Assembly: GCA_964195235.1 (NCBI GenBank)
Contig: CAXMOW010000006.1
Location: 4,477-68,476, forward strand
DNA length: 64,000 bases
Source of the DNA: an uncultured Acidimicrobiia bacterium
Lineage (GTDB): Bacteria; Actinomycetota; Acidimicrobiia; Spongiisociales; ZC4RG35
Direction of reading: 5' to 3'
Made by a program: the position numbers and the translations under genes. This document shows positions 19,986 through 30,979 of the stretch, piece after piece. The notes below the pieces were generated by a model, which was not told where the DNA came from, ran no database searches, and saw only the letters and a list, made by a program, of their open reading frames with translations. How positions within the stretch are numbered: position 1 is the first letter of the stretch; each line of letters starts with the position of its first letter.

Positions 19986-20864
19986 ATGGCAAGCGCCCAA
20001 CTTCGCGATACCCGACGCAGGATTGACAGCGTTGAGGCCACAAAGAAGATCACGCGCGCCATGGAGTTGATCGCGGCTAGCCGCATCCCGAGAGCGCAAG
20101 CTCGGGTGCAGGGTTCCAAGCCGTACACAGCGAAGTTGATCGAGGTCATCGAGAATGTCGGTGCAGCCGGAACATCTGATCACAAGCTGCTCGAACGGCG
20201 CGAGACGCAAACCATCGGGCTCTTGATCGTTTCGTCCGACAGGGGACTCGCCGGTGCTTATGCATCGAACATCATTCGAATGGCCGAGGCCCGGATCCAC
20301 GAGCTGGAGAGCGAAGGCAAAGACGTACTCGTGTATGCCGTAGGCAAGAAAGGCCAGGCCTATTTCCGGTATCGCGATTACCAGATCGAACAGGCTTATC
20401 TCGGTGTCACCGACACTCCGGGTTACGGGGATGCCCGTGCCGTTGCCAATCTGGTAATGGAGCATTACGCGGTGGGGCGCGTCGATGCAATTGAGGCCTT
20501 TTATACGAAGTTCGTCAGGGCGATGACGCAGACCCCTACTCATTTGGAGCTGCTGCCGATAACACCACCTGAGTTAGAAGAAGACGAGGAGGCGGCCTCA
20601 ATTTCTTATGGTTTTGAGCCCGACCCTGATGAGATCCTCAATCGTCTTCTACCCAGGTACGTGGAAGCGATCATTTTCAACATGCTTCTAGAAGCTTCAG
20701 CTTCAGAGCACAGTGCCCGTCGACGTGCGATGAAAGCGGCAACAGACAACGCCGAGGAGCTGATCAAGAACCTGACCGTTCAGGCCAACCGCGCGAGACA
20801 GGCAGAAATCACAACCGCCATCACCGAAATCGTCGGTGGAGCCGAAGCATTGGCAGACAGATGA
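19986..20864 (+). CDS. atpG: F1 subunit gamma
   Basis: RI.SV..TKKITRAMELIAA, DRGLAG, ASEH.ARR.AM..ATDNA, RQA.IT..I.EIVGGA. Confidence 0.98.
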   Translation: MASAQLRDTRRRIDSVEATKKITRAMELIAASRIPRAQARVQGSKPYTAKLIEVIENVGAAGTSDHKLLERRETQTIGLLIVSSDRGLAGAYASNIIRMAEARIHELESEGKDVLVYAVGKKGQAYFRYRDYQIEQAYLGVTDTPGYGDARAVANLVMEHYAVGRVDAIEAFYTKFVRAMTQTPTHLELLPITPPELEEDEEAASISYGFEPDPDEILNRLLPRYVEAIIFNMLLEASASEHSARRRAMKAATDNAEELIKNLTVQANRARQAEITTAITEIVGGAEALADR

Positions 20865-20874
20865 CAATCGTTAG

Positions 20875-22325
<1,451 letters not shown>

Positions 22326-22326
<1 letters not shown>

Positions 22327-22658
22327 TGGCCAAGACTTTCCAGGTCGACGTCGTCTCGCCAGAGGCGATCGTCTGGACTGGTGAGGCCGCGATTGTCATC
22401 GCTCGCACCCCCGAGGGTGAGTTGGGCATCATGGCCGACCACGAGCCCTTGATGGGTGCCCTCTCCACCGGGCCGGTTTCGATCGAGGCCGAGTCCGGTG
22501 AACGCACCACTATTGGTGTGCATGGGGGTTTCATCCAGGTGCTCAACAACCAGGTGACCCTGATCACCGACAGGGCCCAGGTCACCGAGGATCACGCTGC
22601 GGCCGCCGAAATCGCCACCCAACTCGCCTCCGAGGAGGCCGAGGCCGACGAAATCTAA
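22326..22658 (+). CDS. atpC: F1 subunit epsilon (short C-terminus)
   Basis: V.VVSPE..VW.G, GELGI...H.P, GGF..V..N.VT. Confidence 0.93.
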
Positions 22659-22677
22659 CCCGGCCCTTGGCTGTACC

Positions 22678-25600
22678 TCATGTGTCGAGCAACTCTTGGG
22701 CGGCAATCAGATCGGGCGTATCGAAGCCTTCGGTGAACGAGTCGTGGGCTTCCTGGAGACGTTTTCGCCACTTTTCACCATCGTCTCTAGTCAGACGTGT
22801 CAGCGCCCGCAGCTCGGTGGATCGCGTTTTGAAGGTTGTGGATACCTCAAGGGCATCGCTGAATGACTGAACTGCATCAATTGGCCGATCTGCCATCAAG
22901 TAGATGTCTCCCTGGGTAAGTAGGACCTCACCGAGGAGTCCCGTCGGTGGATCGGAAGAGAGCACGACAGCCTCGTCGATTGTCCGGATAGCGCGCTCAG
23001 TTTCTCCTGTCATTGCGGCAACGGGAGCCTGTAACTGAAGGAGAAGCGGCCAGAACACCGGGGGTGTGGGAAGCCTTTGATAGATCTCCATACCGTTTTC
23101 GATGGTGACCATGCCTTTAGCTGGGTCACCGGAGAGTGCGTCCGCGACTCCGAGCAAGACCATGGCCAATGCTCGCCAGATCTGATAGTCGTATTGATTG
23201 GCGAGAGCCAGCAGTTCCCCGGCGTATTGGGTGACAGATTCGGTGTCTTGACTCCCCAGCTTGAAGTAGGCAACGTGATAAAGGGCATACGCCTTTGAAT
23301 AGCTGTGCCCGAGCTCATCCGCGTCGCGTAGTGCTTGCTCGGCTTTGGCGGTCGCCCGTTCGGGGAATCCTTGAATTCCTAGCAACAAAGCCGATGTGGT
23401 CAATGACACGATTCCCGAATGGGGTCCTAGCCGAAATCGATTACTCCTCATCTCGGAGGGATCAAAGGCGTCAACCGCTTTGTCGATGTATTCGAGACCT
23501 TCTTCGATACCGCTTGTAAATGCGGTGGAGACTCCGTAGACCAGATTGGCGTCGACGGCCAGAGCGGGGTCGCCGTCATCTTCGGCAATTGCAAGAAGCT
23601 GCTCTCCAACCTCGAGGGCCTTCGGCATGTCGCCACGGAGGCTGTGGAATGTGGCGAGACTTCTCAGAACGGGGAAGAGCTGCTGACCGGCACCGGATGC
23701 CTCAGCATGTGACAGGGCCTCAGTGAATGCCAGCTCGGTCTCCTCGCTGTATCCACGGATCAGCATGCGGGCCCGAGCAAGGCTTGTCTCTAGGGCAATC
23801 TGCTCCCTGGTTCGTTCCATCGACTCGGGCTCGTCGGCCAAGATGTCGAGCAGATCTTCCGAGAGCCGGACGGCGCCTTGGTACCAACCCTCGGCGTCGT
23901 AAAGCATCCACATTGGATCAAACAACTGGTGGAGCCGATCTAGATGCTTCTCATCCCTCCAGTACGTCCAGGCGAGTTGCATGTTCTCCAGCTCAGCGAT
24001 CATTCGTTGTCTAGCCCCATCGCGGTCGGGTCCAGAAAAGCTGTCGGCCAGATCGGCGCCGACGTCTGCAAAATGCTCGGCGTGACGCTGTTTGGCAAGG
24101 CGGAGACGATCCAGATCATCATTGGACCGTTCGGTGGCGAAGGAGCGGATGGTTTCGAGCAAAGCGAAGCGAGAACCGCCCGACGATGACTCAGTCTTGC
24201 GAACGAGACTCTTATCGACCAGGGACGCCAGATCGTCTAACGCTTCGCTTCGCTCATCGATGAGTGCCGAGACCTCCTCGATGTCGTCCACCGTTGTGCC
24301 GGCGAAGACAGCAAGCAGCTGAAGAAGAGCCTTCTCAGAGTTCGTGAGCAGGTCGTAGCTCCACTCGATTGTGTCGCGGAGCGTCCTCTGACGAGTAGGC
24401 AGATCGTGGGCCCCACTCTTGAGAACGTCGAGTCGTTGATTGAGTCGTGTTGTGAGCTCCTCCAGAGAGAACATCCGCAGTCGGGCCGCGGCAAGCTCGA
24501 GAGCTAATGGCAGCCCGTCGAGTTGGATACAGATTGCCGCGACGATGTCGGCGTTGTCTTGATTGACATTGAATCCGGGAATGTTTTGCGCAGCTCTCTC
24601 CTCGAACAGCTGGACTGATTCTGAGTCGAGAACCTGCTCCAAGCCAACCCGACCGAACTCCATCCGGGGGACCGACAATGGGTCGATCGGGTAGAGCTGC
24701 TCACCACTCACCCGCAACGGCTCGCGGCTGGTGGCCAGAACACCGAGGTCCGGGCACATCTGTAGCAGCGCGTTAATACCGAGCCCTATCGCTTCGATCT
24801 GTTCCAGATTGTCCAAGACCAACAGAGTCGATCGGTCGACCAGAACGCGCTGCAGCGCCTCTAGCGCCGACTCATCCGCTGCAGAGTCGATCCCGACAAC
24901 TCGGGTCACGTTGGCGAAACTCTCGTCGGTATCGGTTTCAGTAGATAGGTCGACGAAGAAGACGCCACCTCTGAAACGATCGACCTGGTCTGCTGCTGCC
25001 TGCATCGCAAGTCGGGTCTTGCCGGTTCCACCGGGGCCCACCAGCGTGACGAGTCGCGCTGCGCCCTGATCGAGCAGATCTCGAACCTCGGCAAGTTCCC
25101 GGTCCCGTCCCAGGAAGGAGGATGTCAGCGTCGGGAGGTTGTTGGGCGTGACGTCGAGCGTCGCCAAGGGTGGGAACGTCCCATCCAAATGAGCATCCTG
25201 GACCTGATAAATGTGCTCAGGCTCGGACAGGTCTCGCAGGCGATGTTGGCCAAGGTCGCGGAGTTCGAGATCGGCTGGCAGAACGTTCCTCAGTCCCGCT
25301 GCCAACATGGCTGAAATGAGGGTTTGTCCGCCGTGACCAGCCGCCATGAGCCTGGCGGTCCGATTCACGGTGGGCCCGAAATAGTCGTCGCCGCGGAGCT
25401 GAGATTCGCCTTCGTGGAGCCCGATCCGCGCCTTGATATGCCCGATGTCACCCCAGGACTCGTCGGCCAGGGCTCGCTGAATGACAATCGACGCTTCGAG
25501 TGCGGGTGGGGCTGTATCAAAAACGGCCATCGCTCCGTCGCCGGTAGTTTTCACCAACGTTCCGCCACAGTCGTGAATGGCTTGCTCAACGATCGCGTCG

Positions 25601-25710
25601 TGCTTTTCGAGAGCGATGGGCATCTCCGTCGGAAACTTCTCCCATAATCTCGTGCTCGACTCGATGTCCGAGAACAGAAAGACGACGTGTTTGGTGACTT
25701 GCTCGACCAC
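22678..25710 (-). CDS. Class III adenylate cyclase - STAND NTPase - TPR-like repeat protein
   Basis: FSDIESST, VKTTGDG, DYFGPTVNRTARL; GPGGTGKT, LLVLDNLE, ATSRE, DGLPLALELAA; helical-repeat C-terminus with no LuxR HTH. Confidence 0.9.
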   Translation of the reverse strand: MVEQVTKHVVFLFSDIESSTRLWEKFPTEMPIALEKHDAIVEQAIHDCGGTLVKTTGDGAMAVFDTAPPALEASIVIQRALADESWGDIGHIKARIGLHEGESQLRGDDYFGPTVNRTARLMAAGHGGQTLISAMLAAGLRNVLPADLELRDLGQHRLRDLSEPEHIYQVQDAHLDGTFPPLATLDVTPNNLPTLTSSFLGRDRELAEVRDLLDQGAARLVTLVGPGGTGKTRLAMQAAADQVDRFRGGVFFVDLSTETDTDESFANVTRVVGIDSAADESALEALQRVLVDRSTLLVLDNLEQIEAIGLGINALLQMCPDLGVLATSREPLRVSGEQLYPIDPLSVPRMEFGRVGLEQVLDSESVQLFEERAAQNIPGFNVNQDNADIVAAICIQLDGLPLALELAAARLRMFSLEELTTRLNQRLDVLKSGAHDLPTRQRTLRDTIEWSYDLLTNSEKALLQLLAVFAGTTVDDIEEVSALIDERSEALDDLASLVDKSLVRKTESSSGGSRFALLETIRSFATERSNDDLDRLRLAKQRHAEHFADVGADLADSFSGPDRDGARQRMIAELENMQLAWTYWRDEKHLDRLHQLFDPMWMLYDAEGWYQGAVRLSEDLLDILADEPESMERTREQIALETSLARARMLIRGYSEETELAFTEALSHAEASGAGQQLFPVLRSLATFHSLRGDMPKALEVGEQLLAIAEDDGDPALAVDANLVYGVSTAFTSGIEEGLEYIDKAVDAFDPSEMRSNRFRLGPHSGIVSLTTSALLLGIQGFPERATAKAEQALRDADELGHSYSKAYALYHVAYFKLGSQDTESVTQYAGELLALANQYDYQIWRALAMVLLGVADALSGDPAKGMVTIENGMEIYQRLPTPPVFWPLLLQLQAPVAAMTGETERAIRTIDEAVVLSSDPPTGLLGEVLLTQGDIYLMADRPIDAVQSFSDALEVSTTFKTRSTELRALTRLTRDDGEKWRKRLQEAHDSFTEGFDTPDLIAAQELLDT

Positions 25711-25739
25711 GTGCTCGACCTTATCGCCCGTCCGCGAGC

Positions 25740-26183
25740 TCAGGGTTGGGATGCGAAGGCTGCGGCGAATTCCTCGACCGACCGGGGCAGACCGCTCCCG
25801 ATCGCTTTGGCGATGACAGAGAAGAACATCGATGCGAGCATTCCCTTGCTTTCGACAGTGAGTGTCGTTGTTATGCGGGTATTGGGCTCGTCCTCGGCGA
25901 GAATCACAGTGATCACCCCTGTGATTTCGGAGTTCTCGATGTTCCAGGCCATCAGACGGCCCTCTTTTCGGCCCGCCGAGGTCGCTTCTCCTCGATAAGG
26001 CTTGCCGGCCACCATCGAATCGAAGGAGAAACTCACAAGTTGCCCTTCTGAGTTGATGATCGGATCGACCACCTTGTCAATCCCTCCGATGGACTCCCAG
26101 GTCGGAGGTTGTTCTAGTGCCCCCCAGACATCGTCGATCGGGGCGAAGGCGACGGCGGTGTGGCTGAAAGTTTCACTGGGCAC
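25740..26183 (-). CDS. SRPBCC/START-like (CoxG/polyketide cyclase type) protein
   Basis: APIDDVW..L..P..W..I.G pattern, about 147 aa, C-terminal long helix. Confidence 0.65.
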   Translation of the reverse strand: MPSETFSHTAVAFAPIDDVWGALEQPPTWESIGGIDKVVDPIINSEGQLVSFSFDSMVAGKPYRGEATSAGRKEGRLMAWNIENSEITGVITVILAEDEPNTRITTTLTVESKGMLASMFFSVIAKAIGSGLPRSVEEFAAAFASQP

Positions 26184-26289
26184 CGCGGCAAGTTAACGAA
26201 TCCGCTCCGATAGTGCCCGGGTCCAAACGGATGATGACCTGGCTCAGTACGTCGACAACCCGTATTCTGGAGGCCGACCCCTTCAAACC

Positions 26290-27888
26290 ATGTTGATTGC
26301 ACGCGGCCTTCGTATCGAAGTTGGCACCCGGACTCTTCTCGACGGTGCCGCATTTAGCGTGCAATCAGGTGACCGTATTGGCCTCGTCGGCCGAAACGGC
26401 GCTGGGAAAACCACACTGATGCGAACCTTGATGGGCCACCTGGAAGCTGCCGCTGGCACCGTGTTGCGTTCCGGTCAGATCGGGTACTTCTCACAGGAGG
26501 CAGCTCTCCCCGACCTCGAACATCCCGATGCCACCGCTCTGGAACGCATCCTCATGGCGCGTGAAATCGGAGTGATGCAGCGTCGTATCGAGGACGCCCG
26601 CGCCCGACTCCACGACATCGATGGGGAGGAGCGAGACCGCGGTATCGCCCGATTCAGTCGTCTCTACGACGAATTCGAAGCCAAAGGTGGATTCGTCGCC
26701 GAGGCCGAAGCCAAGCGGATTGCGGCCAAAATCGGTATCGGCAACGACGAGCTTCATCAACCCGTGAAAACGATGTCCGGTGGCCAGAGACGTCGCGTCG
26801 AGTTGGCTCGACTCCTATTCGCCGAGACCGACGTGATGCTTCTCGATGAGCCGACCAACCACCTCGATCTCGACGCAAAGTCCTGGTTGATCGAGTACCT
26901 CAGCACCTACAAAGGCGGAATGTTGGTGGTCTCTCACGATCTGCCTCTGCTCGACGAGGCGATTACCACAGTTCTGGCCCTCGAGCATGGAGAGCTTGAG
27001 GCCTACCGGGGTAACTACAGCAACTACCTGGTCGAGAAGGACCTCCGCCAAGAGCGAAAGGAACGAACCAGGAAACACCAGGATGAGGCGATTGACCGGC
27101 TCGAGCACAATATCCGACGCTTCAAGGGGACTACCGAGAAGATGGCCAAGGTCGCCCGCGCCATGGAAACTCGCGTCGATCGGATGAAGCGTGAGTTGGT
27201 CGAAGTTCAGAAAGGCGGCAAGCGAGTCAAGGTCGCCTTCCCACAACCCAGCCCCTCCGGCCGAGTTCCCCTCGGTGCCGCGGGGATAGCCAAGGCCTTC
27301 GGTGACAATGTCGTCTTTGTCGACATCGAATTCGCAGTCGAGCGAGGGGAGCGAATGCTGCTTATCGGCCTCAATGGTGCGGGAAAGACGACTCTGCTCC
27401 GCATTCTCGCGGGAGTTGAGACCGCAGATCTAGGTGAGGTCTCGCTAGGGCACAACGCGTCCGTTGGGTACTACGCCCAAGAGCATGAGCAGATTCGCCC
27501 TGGTGTCAATGTTCTTGATCACATGCGGGAGGCGGCACGACTCCCGGACCAGACATTGAGGACCATGCTGGGGGCGTTCCTTCTCGGTGACAAGGTCGAA
27601 CAGCATGCGTCGACGCTTTCGGGTGGGGAGAAGACCAAGCTTGCCCTGGCGATGCTGGTTGCGTCCCGCCCTAACGTCCTTTTGCTCGACGAGCCGACCA
27701 ACAACCTCGACCCACAGGCGAAGGAGGCGTTGCTCGATGCTCTGACCATTTACGAGGGGACTGTGGTGATGGTCAGTCACGACACTGACTTTGTGGCTCA
27801 ACTGATGCCAGACCGTGCCGTACTCATGCCCGACGGTGAGATGCGTTTCTTCGACGAGGAGTTACTGGACCTGGTCGCTCTGGCCTGA
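26290..27888 (+). CDS. ABC-F family ATPase
   Basis: Two ABC domains (GRNGAGKT/MSGGQ/LLDEPTNHLD; GLNGAGKT/LSGGE/LLDEPTNNLD), no TM, helical linker. Confidence 0.93.
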   Translation: MLIARGLRIEVGTRTLLDGAAFSVQSGDRIGLVGRNGAGKTTLMRTLMGHLEAAAGTVLRSGQIGYFSQEAALPDLEHPDATALERILMAREIGVMQRRIEDARARLHDIDGEERDRGIARFSRLYDEFEAKGGFVAEAEAKRIAAKIGIGNDELHQPVKTMSGGQRRRVELARLLFAETDVMLLDEPTNHLDLDAKSWLIEYLSTYKGGMLVVSHDLPLLDEAITTVLALEHGELEAYRGNYSNYLVEKDLRQERKERTRKHQDEAIDRLEHNIRRFKGTTEKMAKVARAMETRVDRMKRELVEVQKGGKRVKVAFPQPSPSGRVPLGAAGIAKAFGDNVVFVDIEFAVERGERMLLIGLNGAGKTTLLRILAGVETADLGEVSLGHNASVGYYAQEHEQIRPGVNVLDHMREAARLPDQTLRTMLGAFLLGDKVEQHASTLSGGEKTKLALAMLVASRPNVLLLDEPTNNLDPQAKEALLDALTIYEGTVVMVSHDTDFVAQLMPDRAVLMPDGEMRFFDEELLDLVALA

Positions 27889-27926
27889 TACCCCGCAGCC
27901 AGGGTTATCTTTCGTGGCGAGCCGAT

Positions 27927-28910
27927 ATGTCCGGCCGCCAAACCAACCTCGCCCTCCTCGGCCTCACGGCCCTCGCCTTTGTCACCGGCTTTGGCGCCTT
28001 CTCCGTTGGCACCCAGACGGGTTGGGTCGTTGTTGTCGCGCATTCGACGATCGGTCTTGCCACCCTGCTGGTGGCACGCGCCAAGACGTCTGTGGCCCGA
28101 CGTGGATTGGCTCGGAATAGATCCGGCAAGGCACTCTCTATCTCCCTTGCGGTGACAGCCATCCTCACTGTTGCGACCGGTCTCTTACAGGTGAGTGGGC
28201 TCGCTCCCAATCTGGCCGTGGTGACGACGATGCAGGTCCACGTTGGTGCTGGAGTCACCCTCGTCGTCCTAACCGCGATTCACCTCTTTCAACGCCCTGT
28301 CCTTCCGAGAGTTGCTGATTTGAGTCGGCGAAATCTGATCCGATTCGGTGGCCTTCTCGGAGGGGCAGGACTGTTGTACGTGGGAATCGAAGCCGTATGG
28401 GGGGTGACATCAGCACCGGCGTCTTCTCGACGCTTCACCGGCTCACATCGGATCGAGGACATTGCAGATGTCCCAGCAACAGAGTGGCTCAACGACGCCG
28501 ACCCACAGTTGGATGACTCGCATCAGATAGCTCTGGCTGGATCGTTTATCAACGTCCCTGATCTCACCTCATTCGACGACAGCGAGACTGCGACTCTCGA
28601 TTGCACTGGTGGCTGGTACACGAAGCAGACATGGTCCGGTGCCCGCCTCGACCGATTCATCGATCCCAAGGCGGGGGAGAGCATTGTCGTCAGGTCGGTG
28701 ACTGGCTACTGGCGCAGGTTCCCGATTCGTGACGCCTCGTCTCTTCTGCTGGCCAGTCATGTCGATGGGCGTCGTCTTTCATCGGGACATGGAGCGCCGG
28801 TGCGACTGGTGGCACCGGGGCGTAGAGGCTTCTGGTGGGTCAAGTGGGTAGACACGATCGAAGTCGACGACCGACCGTCCTGGTGGCAGCCCCCACTTCC
28901 GATCGCCTAA
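27927..28910 (+). CDS. Membrane-bound molybdopterin oxidoreductase (sulfite oxidase family)
   Basis: Four N-terminal TMs, internal SRRNLI twin-Arg plus TM, LDCTGGW, W.G.RL, GHGAPVRLVAPGRRGFWWVKWV. Confidence 0.85.
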   Translation: MSGRQTNLALLGLTALAFVTGFGAFSVGTQTGWVVVVAHSTIGLATLLVARAKTSVARRGLARNRSGKALSISLAVTAILTVATGLLQVSGLAPNLAVVTTMQVHVGAGVTLVVLTAIHLFQRPVLPRVADLSRRNLIRFGGLLGGAGLLYVGIEAVWGVTSAPASSRRFTGSHRIEDIADVPATEWLNDADPQLDDSHQIALAGSFINVPDLTSFDDSETATLDCTGGWYTKQTWSGARLDRFIDPKAGESIVVRSVTGYWRRFPIRDASSLLLASHVDGRRLSSGHGAPVRLVAPGRRGFWWVKWVDTIEVDDRPSWWQPPLPIA

Positions 28911-28955
28911 GCCCGTTGTCATTGTTGGGATCGTTTCGATCCGTAATCTGGAGGC

Positions 28956-29202
28956 ATGCAGCCCATCGAGATTGCGAAGTGGAGTGAAGTGACCGACAGC
29001 GAGGCTCCCGGTCGACGAAGCGGCCCATCGGCTCAAGCGTCGATACTTCGAGGCATTGGCGGCGTTGATGCTTTTACTGGCCCCTGCGATGGGTTATTTC
29101 CACCTGAGTGAGTTCGACACCGGTGATCTGACCACCTCCGACTGTGAGATGGTGCACCTCACCGGCATCGGGTCCGGAGGAGTCAAACTGGGTGCATATT
29201 GA
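28956..29202 (+). pseudogene. Internally deleted relic of a Rieske/FMN-binding glutamate-synthase-related gene
   Basis: ATG 28956 gives MQPIEIAKWSEVTD; +1 frame 28999-29202 gives ARLPVDEAAHRLKRRYFEA...M..LA.A.G..HLSEF...DLTT....M.HLTGI..GGV*, resembling the two ends of that family from recall (not searched). Confidence 0.55.
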
Positions 29203-29220
29203 GGTCAAATAGAGTCGGAG

Positions 29221-29691
29221 ATGAGCATCACACTCCCCAAACGTAAGGGCAATAGCCCCAATGTCAGCCGTGGCATTCCGCACATACAGCTCGACCAAAC
29301 GTCGAGCAAGGCAGTGCTAACCCAGTTGACAGAATGGGCTTTCTCACAGCCACGGGTTGTGGAGCGCCCTAGTCGCGCCTCGCTTCCAGGCACACGTGCC
29401 CTCAATCTGGCACCTGAGTTCGAGCCGAACGGCGAGGCGATGATCGTGGGTCGCGAATTCGCTCACATCCACCCTATGACTTCAGGTAGCGGAAGTATGC
29501 ATATGAGGCTGCCGCCCAAAATGGCCAGCGATATTGTTGACGCTGGTTGGGGTGAGCGGCATCCGTTCGCTCTGGACGGGACGATGCCCAACATGGTGAT
29601 GGTTTATTCGCCACGCACCAAGGACGAACTCGAAGTGATAAAGGCCATAATTACTTCTGCCGTTGCGTTCGCATCGGCGAACGATGTTTAA
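29221..29691 (+). CDS. DUF5519/luciferase-like domain protein
   Basis: PH.QLDQ, REFAHIH...GS.H..LP, GWGE.HP, VYSPR...EL. Confidence 0.75.
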   Translation: MSITLPKRKGNSPNVSRGIPHIQLDQTSSKAVLTQLTEWAFSQPRVVERPSRASLPGTRALNLAPEFEPNGEAMIVGREFAHIHPMTSGSGSMHMRLPPKMASDIVDAGWGERHPFALDGTMPNMVMVYSPRTKDELEVIKAIITSAVAFASANDV

Positions 29692-30883
29692 GGAGTTTCG
29701 CAAACGGTTTTGGCGCCCTCCGCGGGCCCACGGAGAGGTCATCGAAGACCGCTCAGTCAGCTTTCTCGAACTCTTCTACGACCTCGTCTATGTCGTGGTC
29801 ATTGCGTCGGCCGCCGCCACACTCGCTCACGAGATCACGTGGCGCGCAGTGGGTGAATTCGTTGTCATCTTCAGTCTGATTTGGCTGGCTTGGACCAACG
29901 GAACATTTCTCCACGATCTTCACGGTCGGGAGGACATCCGGACCCGGGCCATCACCTTTGCTCAGATGCTTTTCCTTGTTTGGCTGGCCGTGTACATCGG
30001 TGATGCAGCTCACGCCGGAGGTCAGGGTTTCGCGCTGATCTACGCGGGATTCATCGGTCTTCTCATCTGGCCCTGGTATTCGGTACGCAGACTCGACGAC
30101 CCGATTTATGACTCTGTCACCGGCAGATACTTGAAGCTGATGGCAGCGACCATGATCGCCATGTTCGGCTCGGCTTGGCTGCAGGACGGATGGAGGGTGG
30201 TCGTCTGGGCTGTGCTCGTAGTGATTTGGCTCCTCGCGTACCTCTTCTTGACGCGGTCCGCTCTCGGTGTCGGGGACGAGGGGTTGGCTATCGGCGATTC
30301 GCTCGTGGAGAGATTCGGGTTGTTCATCATCATCGTCTTGGGGGAGGTGGTAGTCGGCGTTGTCGACGGGCTGCGAAATGCAGACCGTGAACCGCTGACA
30401 ATGGCGACCGGTCTTCTGGCTCTGGCAATCGGCTTCGGCCTGTGGTGGAACTATTTCGATCTGACGGGCAGACGCCACCCCAGAAACGACAGAAACGGGG
30501 CACCGATATGGATAGTCATCCACCTGCCACTCACCTTGTCGATAGCTGCTGCGGGGGCTGCGATGGTGGTCGTGGTTGAGCACGCCACGGACTCGCGTGT
30601 CCCATTGGAGGCATCATGGTTATTGGCCGCAGCCGTCAGTTTGGGTTTGCTGTCTCTATCGGTCCTCGTGCGGTCCCTTGCCGACTATGAGCTCTTGGCG
30701 GCGGTCTACGAACCCACCTCGCGTGTGATGATGGTGGCTGCGTTGGTGGTCTTGGTCATCGGCTCGATGCGTCCGCCCGCTCTTCTTCTGGTTTTCTTGT
30801 TGGCAGCGATCCAGGCAGCGGTCTGGGTATATGCCGTCACTCTCTGGCTACAAACTGAGGATGCGGCAACAACCATGGAGTAA
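29684..30883 (+). CDS. Low temperature requirement protein A family membrane protein
   Basis: FLELFYDLVYV, ERFGLF.IIVLGE, LWW.YFD, HLPL. Confidence 0.9.
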   Translation: MFKEFRKRFWRPPRAHGEVIEDRSVSFLELFYDLVYVVVIASAAATLAHEITWRAVGEFVVIFSLIWLAWTNGTFLHDLHGREDIRTRAITFAQMLFLVWLAVYIGDAAHAGGQGFALIYAGFIGLLIWPWYSVRRLDDPIYDSVTGRYLKLMAATMIAMFGSAWLQDGWRVVVWAVLVVIWLLAYLFLTRSALGVGDEGLAIGDSLVERFGLFIIIVLGEVVVGVVDGLRNADREPLTMATGLLALAIGFGLWWNYFDLTGRRHPRNDRNGAPIWIVIHLPLTLSIAAAGAAMVVVVEHATDSRVPLEASWLLAAAVSLGLLSLSVLVRSLADYELLAAVYEPTSRVMMVAALVVLVIGSMRPPALLLVFLLAAIQAAVWVYAVTLWLQTEDAATTME

Positions 30884-30947
30884 ATCGGGCATAGATGAGC
30901 GGATTCCGACCGGATACGGGCCGTACTACCTGAGGTATGTGGTGGAC

Positions 30948-30967
30948 AAACAAACGTTCGTTTGTTT
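30948..30967. promoter_or_regulatory. PaaR-type operator between TGGACA (-35) and TAGAAT (-10) of paaA
   Basis: Perfect AAACAAACG-TT-CGTTTGTTT; core fits CNAACGNNCGTTNG. Confidence 0.8.
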
Positions 30968-30979
30968 AGAATCGGATAC

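Noticed and set aside
26290-27888. ABC-F as an antibiotic-resistance gene
   Set aside because: Subfamily cannot be assigned by eye; housekeeping ABC-Fs are common and there is no mobile context.
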